A stretch of 64,000 nucleotides of DNA from assembly GCA_050949565.1 (NCBI GenBank), contig JBMNFY010000008.1, positions 32,001 through 96,000 on the forward strand. Reading direction: 5' to 3'. Every line of letters begins with the position of its first letter. Within the stretch, counting starts at the first letter, position 1. The notes under the pieces are model-generated. The model was not told where the DNA came from. It was given only the letters and a program-made list of their open reading frames with translations, and made no database searches. Both the position numbers and the translations under genes were made by a program. Positions 28,823 through 37,207 of the stretch are shown in pieces. This DNA comes from Kiritimatiellia bacterium. Lineage in GTDB: Bacteria > Verrucomicrobiota > Kiritimatiellia > RFP12 > UBA1067.

Positions 28823-30004
28823 ATGAAGCCGATCTATTTTGACAATAATGCCACGACCTGCATCGCTCCCGAAGTGCGCGACGCGATGATGCCGTTTTTC
28901 AATGAGCTATACGGCAACCCCTCCAGCATGCATATGTTCGGCGGCCAGGTTGCCAAGCATGTGCAGCACGCGCGCGAACGCGTGGCCGCCTTCCTTAACG
29001 CGGACCCCACCGAGATCATCTTTACGAGCTGCGGCACCGAAAGCGACAACATGGCAATCCACGGCACCGCTGAGCTGCTAGGCCCGCAGTCCAAGGTCAT
29101 CACCTCGCGCGTCGAGCACCCGGCCGTTCTGGGGCCCTGCCGCCGTCTCAAAAACATGGGGCACCGCGCGATCGAGCTGCCGGTGGACACGTCGGGACAG
29201 ATCGACCTCGAAGCGCTGCGCGATGCGCTGAAGGACGGTACGCCCGCGATCGTCAGCTTGATGTGGGCCAACAACGAGACCGGCGTGATTTTCCCGATGG
29301 AGAAGATCGTTGAAATCGCCAAAGAGGCAGGTGCCATCATCCATACCGACGCCGTGCAGGCTGCGGGCAAGCTGCCGATCGACGTAAAGCGCGTGCCGGT
29401 CGACATGCTTTCGATTTCCGGTCACAAGCTGCATGCACCCAAGGGCATCGGCATCTTCTACCTGCGTCGCGGCACGCGCCTCAAGACCTTCATGCTCGGC
29501 GGCCACCAAGAGAGCGGACGGCGCGGCGGCACGGAAAACGTGCCGTACATCGTGGGGCTCGGCAAGGCCGTCGACCTCGCGGCGGCGTATATGGATGAGG
29601 AGCGGCGTACGCTCGCGCGCCTGCGCGACAAACTGGAGAACGGCCTGCTCGCCACCTGCCCAGACGCGCGTGTCAACGGCGACCGCATGAACCGTCTGCC
29701 CAACACCACCAACATCAGCTTCGAATATATCGAGGGCGAGGCCATCCTGTATCACCTGAGTGATCTGGGCATCTGCGCGTCGACCGGCTCAGCCTGCGCG
29801 ACCGGCTCGCTCGAACCGTCGCACGTGATCCGCGCGATGGGCGTGCCGTTCACGGCGGTTCACGGCTCGGTGCGCTTTTCACTCAGCCGCTACAACACGG
29901 AAGCGGAAGTGGACACCGTACTTGAACACATGCCGCGCATCGTGCGCAAACTGCGCGACCTCTCGCCCTTCGGCAAGGGCGATACGTTGCCGGTGGAGTT
30001 GTAA
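28823..30004 (+). CDS. nifS: Cysteine desulfurase (NifS/IscS)
   Basis: YFDNNATT, GNPSS, NNETG, HTDAVQ, SGHKLHAPKG, STGSACATGSLEPSHV. Confidence 0.93.
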   Translation: MKPIYFDNNATTCIAPEVRDAMMPFFNELYGNPSSMHMFGGQVAKHVQHARERVAAFLNADPTEIIFTSCGTESDNMAIHGTAELLGPQSKVITSRVEHPAVLGPCRRLKNMGHRAIELPVDTSGQIDLEALRDALKDGTPAIVSLMWANNETGVIFPMEKIVEIAKEAGAIIHTDAVQAAGKLPIDVKRVPVDMLSISGHKLHAPKGIGIFYLRRGTRLKTFMLGGHQESGRRGGTENVPYIVGLGKAVDLAAAYMDEERRTLARLRDKLENGLLATCPDARVNGDRMNRLPNTTNISFEYIEGEAILYHLSDLGICASTGSACATGSLEPSHVIRAMGVPFTAVHGSVRFSLSRYNTEAEVDTVLEHMPRIVRKLRDLSPFGKGDTLPVEL

Positions 30005-30200
30005 AACGCAGAACGTTGAACGTAGAACGCAGAATGCAGAACGCAGAACGCGAAACGCAGAACGTTGAACGCAGAACGCAGAACGTTGAACGCAGAACGT
30101 AGAACGCAGAACGCGAAACGCAGAACGTTGAACGCAGAACGCAGAACGTAGAACGCAGAACGCAGAATGGAGAACGCAGAACGCAGAATGGAGAACGGGA
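30005..30200 (+). repeat. Heptamer tandem array (AACGCAG-type, 28 units)
   Basis: Unbroken 7-bp periodicity from the nifS stop to the next gene. Confidence 0.95.
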
Positions 30201-30205
30201 GAAAA

Positions 30206-30649
30206 ATGGCAGAGAAAACATACGACTTGGAAGAGCGTCTTCTGAACTATGCGGTGCAGATTGTGCGGCTGGTCGAAAAGCTGCCGAATACGCGGGCGGG
30301 CAACCACATCGCCGGCCAACTGCTTCGCTCCGGCACCTCTCCCCTGCCCAATCACGGAGAAGCGGAAGGCGCGGAGTCCCGCAATGATTTCATCCACAAG
30401 TTGGGAATATGCCACAAAGAGTTGCGCGAGTCGTACCGCTGGCTAAAACTGATCCAGCGCGTACCGCTTCTGCCGCCTACGGACACCGCCTTATTGGAAA
30501 CGTCCCTTCGTGAAACCGATGAACTGTTGCGAATTTTTATCTCGAGCAGTCGAACCGCCCGTGCCAACGCCTGCCGGGAAGAAACACCAGAGTATGAGGC
30601 CGAACGTCGAACGCAGAACGTAGAACGCAGAACGCAGAACGCAGAATGA
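30206..30649 (+). CDS. Four-helix-bundle protein (TIGR02436 / 23S rRNA IVS / Avd-like)
   Basis: LEERLLNYAVQIVRLVEKLP, QLLRSGTSPLPNHGEA, SRNDFIHKLGICHKELRESYRWL. Confidence 0.9.
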   Translation: MAEKTYDLEERLLNYAVQIVRLVEKLPNTRAGNHIAGQLLRSGTSPLPNHGEAEGAESRNDFIHKLGICHKELRESYRWLKLIQRVPLLPPTDTALLETSLRETDELLRIFISSSRTARANACREETPEYEAERRTQNVERRTQNAE

Positions 30650-30913
30650 AGGATGGAGAATGGGGAACGTCGAACGCAGAATAAAGGATGGAGAATGGGG
30701 AACGGGGAACGCAGAACGTCGAACGCAGAACTTTAAACGCAGAACGAAAAACACTTCGACGTTCTGAGTTCTGAATTCGACGTTCTGAGTTCCTGCCGTC
30801 TTTGCCCGCGTGCATGCGGCGCGGATCGCCTCGTGGGCCAGTTCGGCTACTGCCGGGCGGGCGTGCTGCCGCGTGTTTTCCGTTACGGCGCGCACTTCGG
30901 CGAAGAGCCGCCA
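30602..30913 (+). repeat. Heptamer array plus duplicated 5' end of the radical SAM gene (copy A, TAA at 30734)
   Basis: 30794-30913 matches 31217-31336 with 6 C/T differences; preceded by direct then inverted heptamers. Confidence 0.9.
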
Positions 30914-31096
30914 CAAATCATACCCATCAGAGACTTAAAGAACCTCGACACCTACACCAAACACTTTCTCTTGAAAACGCCGGAGCTTCCGTCTACAGTT
31001 GACCGCGTGCGAACGTCGAGCTCAGAACACAGAACGCAGAACGTCGAACGCAGAACGTCGAACGCAGAACACAGAACGCAGAATGAAGGATGGAGA

Positions 31097-32131
31097 ATGG
31101 GGAACGCAGAGCACAGAACGCAGAACGCAGAATGTAAAACGCAGAACACAGAACGCAGAACGCAGAACGAAAAAAACTTCGACGTTCTGAGTTCTGAGTT
31201 CGACGTTCTGAGTTCCTGCCGTCTCTGCCCGCGTGCATGCGGCGCGGATCGCCTCGCGGGCCAGCTCGGCTACTGCCGGGCGGGCGTGCTGCCGCGTGTT
31301 TTCCGCTACGGTGCGCATTTCGGCGAAGAGCCGCCAATCACCGGGACGCGCGGTTCGGGCACCGTCTTCTTCTCGCACTGCACGATGCGCTGCATCTACT
31401 GCCAGAATCATCCGTGGAGCCAAGCTGGACATGGCGATGACCTCACGGTGGAAGTGCTACGCGATATTCTCGCGCAGCTTGCACGGCAGGGTTGCCACAA
31501 CTGGAACCTGGTCTCCCCTACCCCATGGCTGCCGCAGATCCGCGAAGCGGCGAAGCCGCTACTTCGCGCTGGAATCGCCCTCCCATTTGTGTATAATACG
31601 TCGGGTTACGAATCACTAGAGACATTGGAGGCTTTTGCCGACTTGGCGGACATTGCGTTGATTGATCTGCGCTATGCCCGGGCCGAGAGCGCGGCGGAAG
31701 GTTCCGATGCGCGGACGTACGTCGAGGCGGCGCGCGGTGCGTTGCGGTGGTTCTGGGAGCGTCTGGGACCGCTGGAGACCGACGCCTCGGGAATCGCTGT
31801 GCGCGGCGTGATCTGCCGGATCTTGGCGTTGCCGGGGCGTATCGCCGAAGCGGTGGAGAACCTCGAATGGCTGGCGCGGCATACGGGCAGCGGTATCCAC
31901 GTCAGTGTGATGTCGCAATACACGCCGTTGCACCGCGCGTTGCAGACGCCGGGCTGGGACCGCAAGGTCTCGGCTGACGAATACGCGGTACTGGTGGAGG
32001 CAGCCGAAGACCTCGGATTGGGGAACGGCTGGATACAGGAGTTTGAAGGCGAAGCGCCCGCCGACCTGCTGGGGCAGAATATGCCCGCAGGCGAAGGTGC
32101 TGTGGGTGCGGGCTCGAATACGCCCGCGTAG
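31097..32131 (+). CDS. Radical SAM protein (PflX-like)
   Basis: CRLCPRACGADR, HFGEEPPI, GSGTVFFSHCTMRCIYCQN, VYNTSGY; ATG 31097 with GGAG RBS lies inside the heptamer array. Confidence 0.85.
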   Translation: MGNAEHRTQNAECKTQNTERRTQNEKNFDVLSSEFDVLSSCRLCPRACGADRLAGQLGYCRAGVLPRVFRYGAHFGEEPPITGTRGSGTVFFSHCTMRCIYCQNHPWSQAGHGDDLTVEVLRDILAQLARQGCHNWNLVSPTPWLPQIREAAKPLLRAGIALPFVYNTSGYESLETLEAFADLADIALIDLRYARAESAAEGSDARTYVEAARGALRWFWERLGPLETDASGIAVRGVICRILALPGRIAEAVENLEWLARHTGSGIHVSVMSQYTPLHRALQTPGWDRKVSADEYAVLVEAAEDLGLGNGWIQEFEGEAPADLLGQNMPAGEGAVGAGSNTPA

Positions 32132-32185
32132 GACAGTGTTATAGAGAGTCAACGGGTCGCGCGGTGCGCGGCTGAAAGGGTAACG

Positions 32186-32950
32186 ATGAGCGGTCATAGT
32201 AAGTGGTCCACCATTAAGCACAAGAAGGGCGCGGCGGATGCCAAGCGCGGTAAGATTTTTTCAAAAATTGCCAAGGAAATGACGATCGTTGCCAAGGCAG
32301 GCGGCGGCGACCCCAACACCAATCCCACGTTGCGCACCCTGATCGCGAAGGCTAAAGCGGTCAACATGCCTAACGACAACATCGACCGCGCCATCAAAAA
32401 GGGCACGGGCGAGTTGGCGGCCGACATCCTTGAGGAGATCACCTACGAGGGGTACGCGCAAGGCGGCGTGGGGCTGGTGGTCAAGGTACTGACGGACAAC
32501 AAGAACCGCGCGGCGGCCGAAGTCCGCAACATCTTCAAGAAGAACGGTTCTGATTTTGCGACCCTGGGCTCGGTCTCGCGCGGCTTCGAGCGCAAGGGCA
32601 CGATCATGATTCCGGCGGCCGAAGGAGTGACCGAAGAAAAAGTGATGGAGGTGGTCCTCATTGCGGGTGCCGAAGACATGGAATCTGAAGAGGACGGCTT
32701 CACTGTCACCTGTTCACCCGCAGCGTTCTCGGATGTGTGCGCGGCGCTGGAGGCAGCCGAGATCGTGTTCGATCAGGAAAACTCACAGGTCGGCCTCGTG
32801 GCGCAAACCTTGGTGCCGGTCAAAGAGTTGTCGGTCGCCAAGGCGGTCAACAAGTTCGTCGACGCGCTGGAAGAGCATGATGACGTGCAGGACGTCTACA
32901 CCAACATGGATATCGACGACGCGCTCGTCGAGCAGCTTGAAGCCGAATAA
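32186..32950 (+). CDS. yebC: YebC/PmpR family protein
   Basis: MSGHSKWSTIKHKKG, TDNKNRA, LEEHDDVQDVYTN. Confidence 0.95.
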   Translation: MSGHSKWSTIKHKKGAADAKRGKIFSKIAKEMTIVAKAGGGDPNTNPTLRTLIAKAKAVNMPNDNIDRAIKKGTGELAADILEEITYEGYAQGGVGLVVKVLTDNKNRAAAEVRNIFKKNGSDFATLGSVSRGFERKGTIMIPAAEGVTEEKVMEVVLIAGAEDMESEEDGFTVTCSPAAFSDVCAALEAAEIVFDQENSQVGLVAQTLVPVKELSVAKAVNKFVDALEEHDDVQDVYTNMDIDDALVEQLEAE

Positions 32951-32978
32951 TCGGCCGAACGACGTGATCCACGATACG

Positions 32979-33008
32979 GACGCAGGCGCACCGCCTGCGT
33001 CTTTTTTT
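32979..33008 (+). terminator. Intrinsic terminator after yebC
   Basis: GACGCAGGCG-CAC-CGCCTGCGTC followed by T7. Confidence 0.85.
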
Positions 33009-33031
33009 GTGCCGTGGCGACGGATGCGCCC

Positions 33032-35263
33032 CTATTCCGCTGACGGCTGCTTTTCAGAACTGTCCCGCACATCCGCGAACAGCCGCAAATCGGAGGGCGC
33101 GGGAAAAGCGGCACAGGCGGAGCGGGCCGCTTCGGTCAGAGGAATCTGCCATGCGTCGAACACCGACGCGATGTTGTGCCCGGTGATGCGCGAGAAGCGG
33201 ATGGCCCACTGGTCGCGTTTATCGGCATCGTTTTTCGGGCGTTGCGCGGGTTCGAGCGTACGGTATTCGGCAAACAGCCGCTCAAACGCCTGCCATCCAT
33301 ACGTCTGTTGCAAACGCACGAACACCTCCAGCGCCAGAAATGGATCGCGGCACCAGGCCTCGTGCGATTTGCCCTCCGCCACCCATTTGCGCACGGTTTT
33401 CTGGATGCCGGGTTCCCCCATGCGTGTCTTGCGCGGCGGAATGCCGCAGGCATGCTCCATGTTGTAGAGCGTGAAAAAATTCACCGTGACCTCGCCGGTG
33501 CCATGGAAGGTCCAATCCCCGTTTTGATGGTTGTGGCCGAGTTCATGGAAAAAGCCCCAGTCGCCTTTCTCCCGCAGCTTGGCCAAGTTGACCAGATCAG
33601 GCGCCGTGACCGTCGGGATCATAATAGGATAGCCGGCATGCATCCAGCCCGCGCACAACTGGACGTCGGCGCAGAAGCGCTCCGGCGAGCGGCGCTCGGG
33701 AGGCAACCCGGTCAGCCGCGCGTCTTGATCCGCGATACGGTCCCAGAATTCGAGCAGGGCCAGCGGGTCTTCCAGTCCGCGCACCGCCTCGGACGGCACC
33801 GTCAGGATCACCTTGTCGCTTTCAATTTCGGCCCAAGGCGATGGCAGCGCGCGCATCGTCGTGCGCCACGCCGCTACGGTATCGCGTCCCTTTTTGAACC
33901 AGATCGTCTGACAGGCATTCCGCAACGTCACGCGCACGATGCGCTCCGCGGCCTCGACCTTATCCGGCACGACCACATAGATCAATCCGCCGAAGGGCGA
34001 AGCGAATTCCACCCGTGTCGCATTGAGCGGCACGGTCACATCCACTTTCGGCGCGCGACGCCACTCGTCATGGCGCGTGTTGTCGCAGGTTGTGGTGCCG
34101 ATCCGCAGTTTGAGTCCCAACTTCTCGGCCCCGGCCGGCAGTTCGACGGTAACCGGCTCCCCCGCTACGGCGTAAAGCCCCGTGCTGCGCCAGCGCGGCA
34201 CATCGAGATTCACGGCCACCACGCGCCTGCCACGCGGCGCATTGCGCGGCGGCAGACCCGGATAGACTGCCGCTGCCGGATGCGCGGCCCACAGGTCGAG
34301 CGGCTTGGCACGCCACGCGCGCTGGTGGTCGATCAACGCGAGGCGCGCCGCGATGTCAGCCGCCGTGAGCGGCGCGTCGGGCGTCGGCAGTTTGGCTGCC
34401 GCCGGCGAATCTGCCAGCGTCTTCAACGCAGTGGACAACGCGCACGGCTCGGGCGGCAGCACCGCACGGGCCGCGCAGAGCGTGTGGCTGATCTGACGTA
34501 GCGTCGCGCGGTCGGTCACGCCACCCGCAACGGCCAGCCGCAGCGCCTCCGTCGCATTCACCGCCGCCGGAATCTCGCGGTCGGTGCGATACCCCTCCGG
34601 ATCTGTGCGGTTGGCGAAATCGTCATTGATGAAGAGGCCCGCCGGTCCGAGCAGGCGGTTGAACAGGTTTTCTGTGGCCAGGGATTTGCCGCCGGTCACC
34701 TGCTGCCAGCCCCATCCGATACCGGAGGCCAACAACCCACCACCGCCCGTGATAAAGGCGCGCACACGTTCGACGTCATCCCCCTTCAAGCTGTCGGGAT
34801 AGGCCGCAAGGACACTGCGGGCAGTAAGCGCATCGAGCGAAGGGATTTCACGTACGTTCAGGCCCTCGATGCCGGACAGCGCGCGGGTCATGGCTGCATC
34901 GCGGTAGACCATCACAACCACATCGCTCTGCCCCTTACCGAGCCAGCGCACGGCATTGCGGATGAAGATCGCGGTATCGGCCTTAGCAACCCCTTCCGTG
35001 TAAAACGAGGGATGCCCCACCGCGACGACGCGTCCCTGCCCGTAATGACTAGCGGCGGCGACGGGCTGCACCGACTGTCCGCACGCCGCACCCACCAACG
35101 GAAATGCGTTCGATCCCACACACAGCACGACTCCCGGAGCGCCTCCTGAGTCGATGGCGCGCACGTGCTGCAACAAGGCACCGCGTGCCTCATCCTGCAA
35201 CGTCGCGCCGCAAGCGACCGCGACACATCCAACAATACCCGCTATCCAACCCATCATGCGCAT
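33032..35263 (-). CDS. Secreted M60-family metallopeptidase
   Basis: WRSTGLYA, SPFGGLIY, GWMHAGYPI, WGFFHELGHNHQ, GEVTVN. Confidence 0.88.
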   Translation of the reverse strand: MRMMGWIAGIVGCVAVACGATLQDEARGALLQHVRAIDSGGAPGVVLCVGSNAFPLVGAACGQSVQPVAAASHYGQGRVVAVGHPSFYTEGVAKADTAIFIRNAVRWLGKGQSDVVVMVYRDAAMTRALSGIEGLNVREIPSLDALTARSVLAAYPDSLKGDDVERVRAFITGGGGLLASGIGWGWQQVTGGKSLATENLFNRLLGPAGLFINDDFANRTDPEGYRTDREIPAAVNATEALRLAVAGGVTDRATLRQISHTLCAARAVLPPEPCALSTALKTLADSPAAAKLPTPDAPLTAADIAARLALIDHQRAWRAKPLDLWAAHPAAAVYPGLPPRNAPRGRRVVAVNLDVPRWRSTGLYAVAGEPVTVELPAGAEKLGLKLRIGTTTCDNTRHDEWRRAPKVDVTVPLNATRVEFASPFGGLIYVVVPDKVEAAERIVRVTLRNACQTIWFKKGRDTVAAWRTTMRALPSPWAEIESDKVILTVPSEAVRGLEDPLALLEFWDRIADQDARLTGLPPERRSPERFCADVQLCAGWMHAGYPIMIPTVTAPDLVNLAKLREKGDWGFFHELGHNHQNGDWTFHGTGEVTVNFFTLYNMEHACGIPPRKTRMGEPGIQKTVRKWVAEGKSHEAWCRDPFLALEVFVRLQQTYGWQAFERLFAEYRTLEPAQRPKNDADKRDQWAIRFSRITGHNIASVFDAWQIPLTEAARSACAAFPAPSDLRLFADVRDSSEKQPSAE

Positions 35264-35517
35264 GAATATCCCTCCCGGTGCCGACGGAACACGGCACACC
35301 GTTTGTGGTGCGTGTTTTCTATCAGAAGCCATTGCGTCGAGTCAAGCGTGAGGTAATCTGTTCGATAGACTTGCGGAGCATCGCGAGTATCAATTTTGAG
35401 AATTTTTGGGGTTGACTTTTACCCCCCCCGCACAATGCGTGCCAACCGTAGGGACCGGTGGGCTACCGGTTAATCCTACGGGATGGTAATGAACAGAATC
35501 CAACCGAAAGGTCACTT

Positions 35518-37029
35518 ATGAACGGAAACAGAAACACCGTATCCTGTTCCGCGTTCCTCTCCCGCTTGGCGCGCCTCTGTGCGCTTGCTGTAGCGGGGCT
35601 GTTCGCGGCAACGGCCACCGCCGACCCGTACCTCACATTCTCAAGCGCGGACACGTTCACGATCACGCCGCAGGAAGCGTTGTGGGACGGGACGCTCCAG
35701 TACTCCACCGACGGGCAGAACTGGGCGGCCTTCGGCACCGCCGGCGCGACCGCGGCGGACGACGGCTCCGGCACGTACAAGCTCTACCTCCAAGGGACGG
35801 ACAACACCCGCATCTCGGCCGCCACCACGAACGCGATCGCCTGGACGCTGACCGCCGCCGGGACGGTCGCCTGCTCCGGCAACATCGAGGCCCTGCTCGA
35901 CCATGCGGCGGTGGCCGCCGGACAGCATCCGGCGATGGCCGACTACTGCTTCGCAAACCTGTTCACAAACTGGACGGCATTGGTGCAGGCACCTGCGCTG
36001 CCGGCCACGACGATGACCACCTACTGCTATGGCAGAATGTTCCTCGGCTGCACGGGCCTGACGCGGGCACCCGTGCTGCCGGCCATGACGCTGGCTCCCG
36101 TTTGGTGCTACGGCGGCATGTTCCGGGGTTGCACGGGGCTAACGAAGGCACCTGCGCTTCCGGCCACGACGCTGGCCGAACGATGCTACCAGGCCATGTT
36201 CAACGGCTGTACGGGGCTGGTGCAGGCACCTGCGCTGCCCGCGACGACACTGGCCGATCAGTGCTACGGCGGCATGTTCTGGGGCTGCACGGGGCTAACG
36301 AAGGCACCGGAGCTGCCGGCCACGACGCTGGCCTATCGTTGCTACAGCAGCATGTTCCGGCGCTGCACGGGACTGACGCAAGCACCCGCGCTGCCGGCCA
36401 CGACGCTGACCGATCACTGCTACGACTGCATGTTCGAAGGCTGCACGGGCTTGACGCAGGTACCTGCACTGCCCGCCACGACGCTGGCCCCCTATTGCTA
36501 CGGTGCCATGTTCTGGGGCTGCACGGGTCTGACGTGGGTGCCTAAACTGTCGGCGACGGCGCTGGCTGATTACTGCTACGCCGGTATGTTCCGGGACTGC
36601 GCGGGCATCTCGTTGCACGCCCAAGGCCCCGGCACGGAGTGGAGCATCCCGTCCGCTGCGGTGCCCGCAACGGGCTGGCACAACGGTATGTTCGCCGGCA
36701 CGAGCGGCACCTTCACCGGCAATCCGGTTATCGGCGTCGTCTACTACTGCACGTCGGGTAGCGGCCCCGGCCCCGATCCCGATGACCCGGAAGCGCCGAA
36801 CATCGTCGCGATCACCGTCGACCCCGGCGCCTCGACGCTCGCCATCACGATCGACAACGCCATAACCGGCGCGTGGTACACGCTCCTTGTGGCGGACGAG
36901 CTTGGCGATCCTTGGGCGGTCAGCCCGGCCGTCCAGGCGACGGCGGACGGCATTCTGATCTTCCAGAACGTGCCCGCGACGCTGCCGCACCGCTTCTACA
37001 AGGTGAGGGCCAGCGCGACCCAGCCGTAG
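35518..37029 (+). CDS. Secreted BspA-like leucine-rich repeat protein
   Basis: Signal peptide; ~9 repeats of 26 aa LxxAPxLPATTLAxxCYxxMFxGCTG; C-terminal RFYKVRA. Confidence 0.85.
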   Translation: MNGNRNTVSCSAFLSRLARLCALAVAGLFAATATADPYLTFSSADTFTITPQEALWDGTLQYSTDGQNWAAFGTAGATAADDGSGTYKLYLQGTDNTRISAATTNAIAWTLTAAGTVACSGNIEALLDHAAVAAGQHPAMADYCFANLFTNWTALVQAPALPATTMTTYCYGRMFLGCTGLTRAPVLPAMTLAPVWCYGGMFRGCTGLTKAPALPATTLAERCYQAMFNGCTGLVQAPALPATTLADQCYGGMFWGCTGLTKAPELPATTLAYRCYSSMFRRCTGLTQAPALPATTLTDHCYDCMFEGCTGLTQVPALPATTLAPYCYGAMFWGCTGLTWVPKLSATALADYCYAGMFRDCAGISLHAQGPGTEWSIPSAAVPATGWHNGMFAGTSGTFTGNPVIGVVYYCTSGSGPGPDPDDPEAPNIVAITVDPGASTLAITIDNAITGAWYTLLVADELGDPWAVSPAVQATADGILIFQNVPATLPHRFYKVRASATQP

Positions 37030-37080
37030 CCGCAAGCGATTACAACGAAAGACAGATAACGAACAAAGGATGACTAATGA

Positions 37081-37119
37081 CGCGGGGGACGAGCGGACGC
37101 TTGTTCCCCGCGCATTTTT
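37081..37119 (+). terminator. Intrinsic terminator
   Basis: CGCGGGG..CCCCGCG stem followed by ATTTTT. Confidence 0.65.
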
Positions 37120-37207
37120 GAACGTCGAACGCAGAACATTGAACGCAGAACGCAGAAGGTTGGGAAGGCTTATTACCTCTTACCTACTACCTCTTACCTA
37201 TTACCTA
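37120..37207. repeat. Two short heptamer runs (GAACGCA-type and TTACCTA/C-type)
   Basis: Visible 7-bp periodicity between convergent genes. Confidence 0.75.

Noticed and set aside
30794-31336. TR/VR pair of a DGR
   Set aside because: Differences are C/T in both directions, so they are not confined to adenines of one copy on either strand; no DGR RT is present
29879-31432. Minus-strand ORFs rich in SAFCVLR
   Set aside because: Translations of the heptamer arrays
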